A DNA stretch of 20,000 bases from Patellaria atrata CBS 101060 (GCA_010093705.1 MU006096.1:1446073-1466072), one strand, 5' to 3'; numbered from the stretch's first letter, positions 1-12,477 are shown. Numbers and translations: made by a program. Notes: generated by a model not told the origin, from the sequence alone.

Positions 1-112
1 CACAATGACGATGAGACCATGAAATTACAGGAAAGAAACGAGATATGAAATTCACATTGAGCATTGGGTATCATGCGGCTATCAAAAGAAACTTGAATGC
101 TATCCAACCAGA

Positions 113-2300
113 TCAACTTAAACCTAGTCCTACGCCTTGTCCTTCCTGCTTTTGTACGTCTATCCCTTTGCCTATCAAACCTTTGAAATCAAGTCCAACA
201 TCAGATAGCATAGACGCATGCGCAATTGCACGCTCCATACAGTCTCTCCATGTGTCACTTCCTGATCTTACACTACTCAACTGTCTTGAAAGGATAGCGT
301 TGAATTCGTCGACTTGCTCCTTCGCCCATTTGACGGACGCTGAGGTCATGACTGGGGGGAAGCATTTCGAATATACATCTACCGTGTTCTTGATTATTGT
401 GAAATATATGAACGATATTTCAAAAATGTAGGCATGGAGGTCGCCCTCGAAGACGCATTGTCTAGGATCGGGTCGGTCAGCCGAAGAACAATTACGATAA
501 CTCACAAAATCTATCACAGCGCGACACCGAGCCGTGGAAACTCACCTCGATCGTTTTTGTACGGTTTCAGTACGCGCGGAAAGATAAACTTCCCTAGCAC
601 GATCCTCAAATCCAAGGCGCACTAACCATTCCACATGTCGTTTCGTCGAAGTGGCCCAGTTATGTGTATTCTGTAATCGTCGTGCAATCAGCCCTGCTAA
701 CTTCGCAGCTCTTTCATTGACCTTATGCGTGACAATCTCCTGTGCCAAAATGTTGTTTCTAATATGCTTCGCCAATCGCTTTAGCTTTTCTACTTTGACT
801 ACCGCGTCCTCGAACTGTTGCAGGGCGATATCGATATCTAATTCATCCATCTGGCTTTCCACTCCACGGATGCTTTGCTGCTTTCCGTCAACGTCGATAA
901 ACGTAGAATTCTTCGTCGCTGAGGGATTGTCAGAAATATCAGAAAGGGAGGTAGACTTCCGCAGTGCGCTAAAATCCTTATTGTATATACTAGATGAACT
1001 AGTAAACTCTTTTTGTCCTCCCCTTTCAACTTCGGTAGTTTTCCGTAAATCATCTACTGCTTTATGGAACGCAGATAGAAACGCAGCTTTATCGGTACCG
1101 CTAGAAGAACCGGTGGCGCAATAGGTGAAGGACTCTGTTCCGACACGAATATTAATCGCATCCGAAACATTGTGCTTATCATCATCCCTTCCACCTATTC
1201 CAGATCTTGTCGAGAGATCGGCTAGTCGGACGTCTTGTAACGGCCAACATCTTTGCGCGACCAAATGCGAGGATCCCTGGTTCTGACGCTGTTTGACATC
1301 TCTCGGATTCTGGGATGGAAGCTCGGCCCGCTTCTTCTCCGTTGCGATGAGCAAGTGGTCATTAAGCAAAACAGGGATGATTCTGCGCTGAGCTTTCCAA
1401 GTTGCTGCATCTAATTGGACCCATTTCTTAGATTCGTAGATAACGTGTCGCCCAGGAACAGCCGGGAGAAATTTCTGGGATCCTTCAACTCTCCTCCATA
1501 ATTCCTGTAGATGAGTATTCCAAAGTGCCTCCAGATTAGCGACAGAGCTTCGATTCGCCTGCTTCCTGACCGTAGTTGTGTCCACTTTATTCGCCGAAGA
1601 GAATGACTGGCTGTCTATGGCAGAGCTCAGTTCTGCAATCAGTCCTCGAAGAGTCCGCATTTCATCTTTCAATTTATCGGCCTCTTTGCTGATCTTGATA
1701 AACTGTGTCCTATTCTGGAAGACGTTCAATTGTAGATCTGTTGAGGTGCGGTTTTTAAGCTTCCTCAGAGCCTCTTGATATTGGTATACATCATCCTCTG
1801 TGGCATCGGCGAGTATTTGCGCAACATCTGCCACATATGTAAGCTCACGAACTCAGGAGGCGCAATGAGAGTTTCGTACACTGCTCGGGTCTTAGATTTG
1901 GGTCTCTCATCGCCTTGACATCGACCTTGATCCTTTGCCCTTCACCACCCGTACTGGGTCTTCCATCTCTTGAAGGAGGCTTATCATTGAGAAATTGCTT
2001 TGGCATAGACGGAAGGCTAGGTATCGGTGGAGCTTCGCCGTCGAGATCCTGAGGATTGGCGAATCTTGTCGAATACCTCCGCTTGACTAGATCGGAGGTT
2101 TTACCACCTGGAGGTGCTGGCCTGGAGCGTGGTAAATCGAGTTTAGAACTGTCATTGGACTTGCTACGAGCTTGTGCCTCTTGGATTGACTGTACATTGA
2201 GGCCTGCGGGCAGAGGGCCACTGATTTGTTTCGGGGCGCTGATTTTGGGCCGCACAGAGCGCTTTTTGCGAAGTGAAATTCCCTTGCTCTTTTCTTCCAT
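113..2300 (-). CDS. EXO84: Exocyst complex subunit Exo84 (about 683 aa, 3 exons)
   Basis: Manual splicing complement(join(113..461,546..1827,1880..2300)) = 2052 nt, open. Introns are 1879..1828 (GTACGA..CAG) and 545..462 (GTGAGT..CTGAC..TAG). Protein: MEEKSKGISLRKKR..KISAP; Vps51-like segment STDLQLNVFQNRTQFIKISKEADKLK; PH-like VEGSQKFLPAVPGRHV..VLLNDHLLIA; C-terminal WLVRLGFEDRAREVYL..RQCVFEGDL. All match fungal Exo84. Confidence 0.95.
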
Positions 2301-2594
2301 TGTTTTTTCCTTTCTAGAAATAATACGTGAAGCGACAGCGGCGAAAAGCAAAGAAACGAGTTACTTTATTCAATATCTAAGAGCTACCGCGTCAACGAGC
2401 ACGCTTGTCTTGGCATAAGGTAGACCACAGCTTCTCCTTCCTTGGAAATTTTCCATCTACCTACACCCAGCTCTCATCTAAATAACACCTGCATAAACAG
2501 CCTTCTTCTCCATCTCTCCGTCTCTACCTGCGCTTTACCTGGTTTCCAACTTAATTCTAGTTTATCGCTCGTCTTCACGTCTCTCCGAACCGCA

Positions 2595-3256
2595 ATGTCA
2601 ACCTCATCCGGCGTCAAGACCTCTACTGTCGTCACCGCAACAGTTGGCGTGATAGCAACCGGCCTTCTTGCATACGCTATTTATTTTGACTATCGCCGAC
2701 GGACGGACCCGGACTTTCGCAAAGCGCTGAAGCGCGAATCTAAGAAACAAGCTCGCGCGGCGAAAGAGGAGGCCGAGACGAACCAGAAACAGAAGAGGAA
2801 GGCTATCAGGGAAGCAATTGATAGGGCAAATGAAGAGGGATATCCCAGAGATCCGGAAGAGATTGAAGCGTACTTCATGCAAGAAGTCGCTCAGGGGGAA
2901 CAGATGATTCAAGAAGGTGAGTTCTTCTTCCTCACTTTCAGAGTGGATCACTACTATGTAAACTTGAGTGACACGAGGCTAATGATTTTTCCACAGGCAA
3001 TGACCAAATCGAGACTGCGCTATGCTTCTACAGAGCGCTAAAGGTCTACCCACAACCAAAGGAACTCATTAATATATACGACAAAACCGTACCTAAGGTA
3101 TATCACATCTTCAATGTTTGAACGATCTTTAACGTTGAGTAGCCTATCCTCGATGTCCTCGCCGAGATGATTGCAGTAGACCCCAGTATCCCTTCGCTAC
3201 GCGGACCCGGCTCTACAGCCTCAGAATCCGGATCTGCAGCTGGTGTCGATGAGTAG
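2595..3256 (+). CDS. TOM20: Mitochondrial import receptor Tom20 (about 178 aa, 3 exons)
   Basis: join(2595..2916,2997..3097,3143..3256) = 537 nt, open. N-terminal TM anchor followed by [20 protein letters not shown], then [12 protein letters not shown] and [38 protein letters not shown], diagnostic of Mas20/Tom20. Confidence 0.96.
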
Positions 3257-3348
3257 AACCACTACCTCCAAAGGTACATTACTTGCCCATAGCTATCATC
3301 GCAGGCGATTTACCCACTCATACCTCTTCTCTCATCTTGACATTCTAA

Positions 3349-3365
3349 CATGTACATATATACAT
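3349..3365. promoter_or_regulatory. PUF (Puf3-type) element / TATATA-type 3'-end element in the TOM20-NOP53 convergent 3' region
   Basis: CATGTACATATATACAT. The + strand reads C-A-UGUACAUA (Puf3 consensus CHUGUAHAUA) about 95 nt after the TOM20 stop. The - strand reads UGUAUAUA. Confidence 0.5.
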
Positions 3366-3584
3366 CGCTCATATTCTCGGGCTACGGGACGGTTCTGTTG
3401 CTTCTGGCACGGTTTTGCATAGAGTAAGGTTTCGAGTGGTGGGCAAGTAGCTCAGAAGTCATTTAAAGAGCGAACGATGACGACTTCGCTTCGTGGTTGT
3501 ATTGCTTTGGGAAAATATGTAACTCTATTCCACGTCGTCACCTAGGTGTTCATAAATCTTGATTCAAGCCCCCGCCGAAGTAGT

Positions 3585-4991
3585 TTACTTCAGCTTCCAG
3601 TCCTTGTATGACCATTTCTCCGTGACCGTCGTCTTCGGCTTCTTCGGTTGTGTGATAGGCCGACGCGTTTCGATCTTCCCATTGATCAACAAGTTACGAA
3701 AACGGTCTTTCAACAAGTTCCCTTCAGGTTTTAGAAGCCTCAGTGACTCCTGAAGCTCGTCCGCAAGAACTACCTCAAGCGGTGCTTGGGGTATGCTTTA
3801 ACGCAGTTAGTAATGTCAAACGGAAATACGGAAAGGGTCTTTCACATACGGTATTTTGCCAAATCTCCGTCTTCTCAACTCGTCATCTTCGGCATCTGAA
3901 GAGTGGGCGCCACCTGTCGACGTTACAGCCATGGCCCTAGCCCGCTCTTTTTCTTCTACGGCCTTCGCAAGTGCTCGTACCTGTGCAACTTGCTGTTCAC
4001 GCTTTCTCTGCTTCGCTTCCCATAGTGCCTGTCTCTCTGTTTCTTTTCTTCGCTTTATCTTCTTACGCTGTTGTTGCGTCTTTCTTTCTGGTCGTTTCCT
4101 CTGTGCCCATTCTCCCTCTGGTTCACTTTGAATCCCCTCCCACTCACTTTCCCACGCACTCTCGACCTCGGATTCTGGATCAGGCTCTGCAGCCGTAGCC
4201 AAAGCCCGTTCCATGCGCTCCTTCTCTTCCCGCTCCTCTTTCAATCTCTTCTTTTCAGCTTCCACTTCCTTTTTACCTTCCTTGTCAATCAGCTCTAACC
4301 AGTCCTGGAGGACCGGGTTATAACTCTTTCCAGCTTCTGGCTTCTTGACAGCTGGAAATGCTTTTCCGTTCGCTGCAAGTGAAATAGGGGCCTGCTTCAA
4401 CGTCCCAGGTTCCCGTACAGGTTGCTTCTCCTGTAGGAAAGAAAAACACTCCTCTTTGGCCTTGGGCTGCTCCATCCATGGGTCATAACTAGCTTGTCCA
4501 TCGGACTTGACGCTATCCTTGGTCGCGGCATCTCCATGGTAAGCAATACGTCTCAATCTCTCCAAATCCTTGTACGATACACCCGTACGGCGCTTTTTGG
4601 AAGGTTCGAGGACACCGTTAGTTATGCGGGATGCAGAACGCTTGCGAGAGTCTACCGCGGAGATGCTAGAGCGCTGGGCAAGTATTTGATCCGCTTTGAG
4701 AGACTTGTGGGTTTTGTTGTAGGCATTTTGAATTGCGGCAGAGCCGGTGGTATCGGTCGTGAAAAGCTCTTCTGAAGTTTTCTCGGCGATTACACCACTA
4801 AAAGATATATTTCTTAGTTTGCGTTAGGTAGAAGAGTAGATATGGAGCTAGAAGTACCCTATGATTATCTCCTCTCGCACATTCTCAAGGCCTTCTTGAA
4901 CCTCCGAGATATCGACGTTCTTGCGCCAGGCCTTTTTGCCTTTCCTGGAAGGCTGCTTATATTGCTGTGGTGCCTGCGCAATTTCCGCCAT
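3585..4991 (-). CDS. NOP53: 60S ribosome biogenesis protein Nop53 (GLTSCR2 family, about 430 aa, 3 exons)
   Basis: complement(join(3585..3795,3850..4797,4858..4991)) = 1293 nt, open. N-terminus QYKQPSRKGKKAWRKNVDI; ELFTTDTTG (LFxxD AIM-like motif); GKSYNP; C-terminus PLEVVLADELQESLRLLKPEGNLLKDRFRNLLINGKIETR..EKWSYKDW. Intron 2 has TACTAAC and an AAG acceptor. Confidence 0.95.
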
Positions 4992-5038
4992 GTCCGTAAA
5001 TTGTTAGTGGGCGACTACCTAGGGTTGATCGCCCGTTC

Positions 5039-5049
5039 AAAATTTTTCA
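5039..5049 (-). promoter_or_regulatory. RRPE (ribosomal RNA processing element) upstream of NOP53
   Basis: AAAATTTTTCA on + = TGAAAAATTTT on -, an exact RRPE consensus, about 48 nt upstream of the ATG of a ribosome-biogenesis gene. Confidence 0.65.
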
Positions 5050-5328
5050 GAAAGTGAGGTGAACATTTATTACAAAAGTATTTTTTTTCCCACTCCACCT
5101 CCACCCGCACTCGTGCCAAGCCCGCGGTTCCGCTTGCAGGACCAAATCCTGCAACTCTAGAAACTCCTGAGGTAGATGGTCGACCGCAAAGCCACCCTCA
5201 TCCGTACAAACTATCTCGATATCATTTCTTAACTTCAATCTCTTCCTTTGCCCCTTCGATTCTCCTTTTTTCTTTTCGCACTAGGTCCTTCTCCGAGTCT
5301 TGTCCACACCTTTAAACGATCGCATACG

Positions 5329-6299
<971 letters not shown>

Positions 6300-7110
6300 A
6301 TTTACTAGCGTTTTCGTGCCCTACAACGCCTTCTCCTCGCGTCCTTTTCTGCTGTATATCTTGTATTCGTAATTCATGTCCCTTTACTTACCCGTTCAAG
6401 CATCTACAAGCATGGCGTCTCGGTTGACTTGCAAGGAGGTAAGAATATATAGGAAGGGTTGGGAGGGTATATCCATGATGCGCAATACTGTGCCAATAGA
6501 TCTGTATATGTAAACTAATAGACGATGTTCTCATTACTATGGTTCCAATTCTATTACGAGATACATATTCTTATTGTATCTGTGCCACCACTGTGAGATA
6601 GGTACACCCGTTGCGGCCTATTGTCACATTACCCATCTATTCTCCATCCTTATCGTAAACACCAACCAATTTCAATATCTTCTCTCTGCGCCAACTTGTT
6701 CAAGTCCCGTTCCAGCTTCTGTCCTGTCCCCACCTAGGTTATCTTCGAACACCGATAACCGTATATCGATACCAACCCATAGTCACCATTCGAACGGAAT
6801 TTTCTGATTCTGGAACGCGTACGTATGAATCCCGTCAAAATTCCATAATCCCTAGATCTGCCATTTCCTTAGCCGGTACAGCTTACCTCGATCACGAAAA
6901 GCGGGAAGGGTACAGCTGGAGCACAAGGAGCGGAAAGGGGTGTGGAGGTTGAGCGACAGCAATTCATTCGACTGTCTCGTACGTTGAGAAAGAGCATACG
7001 TACCGAATCTAAAGATCTATTCGAATAACAGGAGACTGAATTCGCTTTGCTCTAATACATTGAACTATAGTAATAGCCCTACCGCCATACCTACTTTAGA
7101 ACAAAGAACT

Positions 7111-9926
7111 CTAGATCTCCCTCACGAACCCCACCTCAACCAACTTCTCTACTGGAACCCTCATCTGCGCGATTCTCGATCTCGAATTCGATCTAACCCA
7201 CAAAAATACCCCAAGCACCATACGCTTAAGCCGATTATTCTTTTCAACAAGCAGACGCAACTCCTCTTTCCCGACGACGTAGACGACTTGTTTAGCGTAG
7301 GCTGCGTCGAGGAGGTGAACACGGCGTGAGATGTCGGACTCGCATAAGGCATCGACAGTGCGGGGTGCGAGGGTTGCTGCTGAGGTTGAATGAATGTCGA
7401 TGGGCTCGGAGGACGAAGAGGAAGCATGATGAGGAGTGGGAGGGGATGTCGCAATGTAGTGGCGGAGTTGCTCGTAGACAATATTAGCGAGATTCGGGGA
7501 AACCACACGGTCGTTGTAACCGTGTCGAATGATGAGGCGGTAGCAGTTAGAGATCGATGTGCGAGAGACTGTGTAAGCTTCGTCTTCCGCAACCTTCAGG
7601 GACAGATTTAGTGAGGCAACTTCTATGAGACTTAATATGGAGAGAGGCTTACGTGAGGTTTAGAAAGTGCACGCATATGTAGGAAGACATGGACTTCTTG
7701 TTGCGCTTCAAATTTACGGAGAAATTCCTCGTATACGGTCGGCACCATGTCGCCCGATTTGTCAAAGAAGATACCGAGACCTGATTTATACTTAGTGTGT
7801 ATAATGTGATGCCATAAAGAATAGAGTGGGTACCTTTAATAGTTGTCAACTCCGCGCCTCCATACTGATCGGCCAATCTGACTTTCCTGTCCTCGGTTTT
7901 TGTCACTAACTGAGTGAGACGGACATTCTTCTTGCGCTCTGATTTCCACTGGGACTCCTTTCCGTACCGCCACAGCACGAAGAAACTTGAAAGAATTACT
8001 GCCAGTAAGAGCGTAAACCAAGCACCGTCTGGGAGCTTGATAACAGAAGACGAGAGGTACAGTCCGTCCAAAGTGATGAAGGTGAGCCAGACAGCAAACA
8101 CTAGAAACCAATTGAGACGCCATACGATCAGTCCAACGAGAGAGACTAAACAGGTAGTGATGAAAGTAACGAGAATAACACAGAAACCGTAAGCATGGCC
8201 GAGCTTGGTTGTCTATAAAATTAAGTGTCAATAAACTACTTTTCTTCTTGATGGAATGTGTGAGGGATACTGACGTTGTTATAGACCGCGGTGACAACCA
8301 CGGTTCCGAGCATCATTAGCCAATTTGCAGCTGGAATATATACCTGGCCATGAAAACGGTCACTAGTATAGATCATCTTTATCTGGGGGAAGTAACTGGT
8401 ATTCATGACCTGAGAAAGCAATTGGAAAGTGGAAGTGATCATAGCTTGTGAGGCAACGATAGCAGCTAGAATGGAAATTACCAGCGACGGATAAAGTAGT
8501 CCATCAGGTACCGTATTGAAGAAAGGGTTCGAGTAAGCGGAAGGTATGCGCGAAATATAAGCGGCTTGACCAATGTATGCAATAAGGAGACAGGGATATG
8601 CTAGGAACAACCAAGATATCTGAACGGCACTGCACACCAAGTTAGATCTTTCACGGAGGTGAATGTTGCTCCAGTGACCACGTACCTCTTAGTGAAAGCA
8701 CCCATATCGGCAAATAGAGCTTCAACTCCGGTGAAGCAAAGCAGGATCCCACCTAGAGAGACCCATCCATCGTACTTGTTGCGGATAAAGTACTGCCCCG
8801 CAAAGTATGGTGAAAATGCTTTCAGGACGCTGTGATCGTAGTAGACAAGGTTCTAGTCGTATGAGTAGAGTCATCATGTGTATAAAGTTGAAGAGAGCAT
8901 ACGTATATCCCAAAAACTAGGTTGAAGAGCAACCAAACAATAACTACAGGAGCAAAACAACTAGCAAGTTTATGGATCCCAAAAGGTTGGAGGAGGAATA
9001 GTACAATTAGAATTGCACATGAAACTCCGACGACAGTATCGGTTCCTATGCTAGGCGTGACGACCTTCAAACCTGGGCGCCGTGAGTTAGACTTCCGAGG
9101 CATATGTAAGGATCCTTACCTTGTACAGCTCCAAGAACGGATTGAGCAGGGGTGAGAATGCTGTCAGCTAAGATTAAGCTTACACCGAACACTGCAAGCA
9201 CCTTCAAAAGAGCATGAGCAACACGGCTCCTCTCGATAACGTTTCTCACAGTCCGATTGCTCGGTTGTAACTGGTCACTGAGATGACGTTCAAGCTTGAC
9301 CATATTCTCAGTCTTGGGATCCCGTTTAGTGATGTTACTCTGGCTATACATGAGTGTATGGATCTAAGTGGGTGGGGTAGTTATTGCCTTACGAAGCGGG
9401 CCAGTAGATTGTATATGGCGAATGTACCACCTTCTCCCTCATCATCAGCACATAGCACGATTAGTACGTACTTGATTGTGACTATCAGGGTGATAGACCA
9501 GATGATAAGGGATAGCGCGCCAACTAGATTCTCATAAGAAGGCTCGGATGAGAACGTCGAGGAGTAGACGTAGAGCGGGCTGGTCCCGATGTCACCGTAT
9601 ATGACCCCAGTCGACTGATAGGCCAGCCTACAGAGATCAGAGAACATCCGAGTGTATCAAAAAGATGTTGGGTATACCATAGGAGAACCCATCCTCTGAA
9701 AACCTATGAGGAATGTTAGACTGTTCGACAATAGAGATTACTCTGGAATTACTTGTTTCTGCTTAAAGTCGCCCTCGTGAACGCCAGGCGCTTCTTTATC
9801 ATACATTGACTCGATGTCAATCTCCTTCATCACTGTCATTTTATTTTTTTCTTCGGGAAGGTCTCGTATATGACGGGTGTTCTCCCCATCTACATGGGCG
9901 AAGTGCACGCCATCCTTTGTTTCCAT
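7111..9926 (-). CDS. HAK1: KUP/HAK/KT-family potassium transporter (about 778 aa, 10 exons)
   Basis: complement(join(7111..7593,7653..7780,7834..8212,8275..8629,8686..8852,8903..9072,9120..9339,9393..9627,9678..9703,9753..9926)) = 2337 nt, in frame. Signatures: [86 protein letters not shown], and C-terminal VEVGFVREI. Confidence 0.93.
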
Positions 9927-11244
9927 TTCACGATTGATAACGGCACAAAGAAAGCACCGAGAGAGGTGTCCCAGGAGTTCAGAAGGAGGAGAAAGTGGCC
10001 GGATTACGAGAGGAGCAAACAGGAAACAACTTAAATTTCAATCACTCAGGAGGCGCACGCGAGAAAACGATTTCCACACTACAATCCTAAGCTCTGAGCT
10101 TTTTACCGTAACAGATCATGATACGCGATCTACGTAGTTCGTGCTCGGAAAGTGTCCTATGGTTGGTTAGGGAGCAAGAGAGATAGATTGCAGATTGCAT
10201 TATCTCACTTTACATATCGACCAGATGTTCGGCGTATCTGCTTATGCTCCTTTCGAGTTTAACAGTGTGGCAGTGTTGAATCTTGGCGGTAGAAGTTCTA
10301 TCATGTTAAACAACCGAATGGTAAACATAAATCGCGCAAAGTCCTTGCCCCTCCCTGTTCGGAAGATGCATTGATTCGAACTCTCTCAAGTCCTGATTCA
10401 TGATAGAACTAGCTCCCGTGCGTGTTGCATCACACCATCCAGTAAATAATATCAACATCAATATCAAGAAATGAAAGGGAAAGAAAAGAAAGAGAAGAAA
10501 TGGTGTTGATACTCTGTACTGGGGATATATTAGGGACTGATGTACTTTCGGGTAGTTATAATTTATGGTTCATATAAGCTTTCGCGTAATTCGGGAAGCC
10601 CGTATGCGCGGACACATAATTGGTCTTTGCTACAAAGGTTATTCTTAACTGATCAAGGGATCCAGTATACCGTACAGAGTACTCGTACTGTACTATGGGA
10701 AACCTGGAACCGCAAAGATCTTAGGTAAGGTACTTCAGGAAATTTTTTACAGCGTAAGCCGGATAATAGCTAAAAGATCCACAAAAGAGAATGACCGCTC
10801 AAATTCGCTATATCGTCTATAGAACTATCATTTCTTTGTCGCCAACGGCGCTCAATCTTATCCATTTCTGGCCATTCCATCCAGAAAGTAGTTCTGTTGT
10901 TTAATTCGAAGGTATGTTCGGTCCATTTGTGGCAAAGACAGTGAATAGACTGAACTGGAACCCACGTAAAACTGATATAAGGTAGCATGCCCCTCTCGCA
11001 CGTTGTAATCATGTTGCATTAAATCATGTGCATAATGCCATAATCCAAGTGTTGAACACTGTGATCTTTTCCCAGCGCTCATCACTGAGATTGACTGACT
11101 TCATTGATCATCGCTAAACAAGTTACGGGCTATAAGGCCAGTAAAAATCGAAGATCCCCCAAATTTGAGCATTGACCACCAGGGGCCGATCGAGCGGGAG
11201 CTTTCCAATAAGATTTACACTGTTACCGTACACAGCTATCAGCG

Positions 11245-12045
11245 TTAAATCAATCCTTGTACTTTTGCTTTGCCATCGTCAAGCGCCTCGAATCTGCACC
11301 ATCTTTCTGCAACCATCTTCGCTTTCACCGTTCTACCCACCCATCCTCGTTCACTAGCTCCAAACGTTCGTGTTGTTACATTAAGGATTGCTAGTTGCTG
11401 TTGCCATGGATCGTTAGTTGCAATCTGTGCCTGGGTGTTTGCTCCCGCCATAACATAATCCGTTTCTTCTCCGAGCTCTTCCTCGTTACGATCTCTCCGG
11501 AAATTCGCACAGCATTCTGCAATTAGAAGTTGCTGAGCAGCCCTCGAAGCAGCTTCGACTGCAGACGCAAAGGTGCGGCCTAGACCTTGTGCGGAATATG
11601 AAGATGTCTCTTCATGTAGCGCAATTGGGTTTAGGAGACCGAGAGTGGGTGTACCTGTGCCGCTGTATTTGCTCCCCGACTTCTTCATGACCGTGTAGAC
11701 TGATAGGTAAGCTTGGAGAGCTGGAAGTGAAGAGCAAAATACCACTTTGAGGGTGCGGGATGCGGCAAGAAGATTAATAGTTGGGACGAGAAGATGAGAT
11801 CTTTTGGTTACTGGAGCAATTTCTTCAACATTCCCTGCATATAATTCAAACAGGGTATTCTCGGGTAATGCTCCCAATAAGTGGTGTATGAAATCATCTC
11901 GGGCAGAGCACACGATCAATGTTGATGGCTCCGCATGGTGACGGAGAAGGTATTCTATGAAATCTGGAAGCAAAACGGGGTGAAGAACCGTTGGTGGTTG
12001 CTCTCTTCTCCTTCCATCTTGACTCCAGCTTTTGGAGTCCATCAT
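11245..12045 (-). CDS. Uncharacterised 266-aa protein; candidate degenerate RecA-like (Shu/SWSAP1-like Rad51 paralog) fold
   Basis: Intronless 801-nt ORF with normal composition and an alternating beta/alpha pattern (STLIVCS, LKVVFCSSLPALQAYLS, TLGLLNPIALH, SAQGLGRTFASAVEAA, QLLIAEC, WVGRTV..ERWCRF). Coding status is well supported. The functional call is inference only. Confidence 0.8.
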   Translation of the reverse strand: MMDSKSWSQDGRRREQPPTVLHPVLLPDFIEYLLRHHAEPSTLIVCSARDDFIHHLLGALPENTLFELYAGNVEEIAPVTKRSHLLVPTINLLAASRTLKVVFCSSLPALQAYLSVYTVMKKSGSKYSGTGTPTLGLLNPIALHEETSSYSAQGLGRTFASAVEAASRAAQQLLIAECCANFRRDRNEEELGEETDYVMAGANTQAQIATNDPWQQQLAILNVTTRTFGASERGWVGRTVKAKMVAERWCRFEALDDGKAKVQGLI

Positions 12046-12123
12046 TATGGAAGCAATATGACCGCTATCCTCAATTTTTCAGTGTTGGCTTATTTTATGC
12101 AAGAAGCCGTATGATGTACGTAT

Positions 12124-12185
12124 ACGCGTAAGCCTCAAGGTTTAGCTTCGGGTCGCACGCGGTCTACAGCTAGTTTATATCGCGT
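12124..12185. promoter_or_regulatory. Cluster of MCB (MluI cell-cycle box) cores
   Basis: ACGCGT at 12124-12129, ACGCG at 12157-12161 and CGCGT at 12181-12185, lying 80-140 nt upstream of the ATG at 12045. Confidence 0.5.
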
Positions 12186-12339
12186 CTGGTTTATGAGGGA
12201 TAACTGGGTACTTTGCATGTTTCTTTTTGAGAGTGTTTATGCTGATTCCCGTTTCAATGTTGATGGGATCGGGTAATGGTCAAGGGATTTACAATACTAT
12301 AGAAGTTCTAGACAGTCCATGCATGAAAACACTATACAC

Positions 12340-12435
12340 TTTTTCTAAATATTTTAAGAAAAGAAAAACTCTAATAATCTCTTAATTTTAAAAAAATAAA
12401 TTTAAAATATTAAAAATAATTCTTCAAATAAAATA
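12340..12435. repeat. Short very AT-rich relic (probable RIP'd repeat remnant) at the island edge
   Basis: Abrupt switch to very AT-rich, TpA-rich sequence for about 95 nt immediately left of the pogo TIR. The family is not identifiable. Confidence 0.5.
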
Positions 12436-12477
12436 ACGTAAAGCATCACCGAGTGTCGCACACCACCGAGTGTCGCA
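12436..12477 (+). repeat. Left TIR with two tandem 14-bp direct repeats
   Basis: ACGTAAAGCAT, then CACCGAGTGTCGCA at 12447-12460 and 12464-12477 (17-bp period). This is the usual layout of Fot1/Pot TIRs. Confidence 0.8.

Noticed and set aside
462..545. Second GTGAGT inside EXO84 intron 2 (possible twin intron or microexon)
   Set aside because: It would need a 35-nt intron without a clear branch site and a 5-nt frameshifting exon. The single 84-nt intron already restores the frame.
2301..2594. Upstream non-ATG extensions in the ORF track (EXO84 from 2351, TOM20 from 2442)
   Set aside because: Homology-consistent ATGs are at 2300 and 2595. The extensions are low-complexity UTR sequence.
9927..11244. 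Small ORFs (62-86 aa) and a short GTACAG..CTGTAC hairpin near 10672-10695 upstream of HAK
   Set aside because: No recognisable motifs or convincing splice structure. Treated as promoter/terminator sequence.
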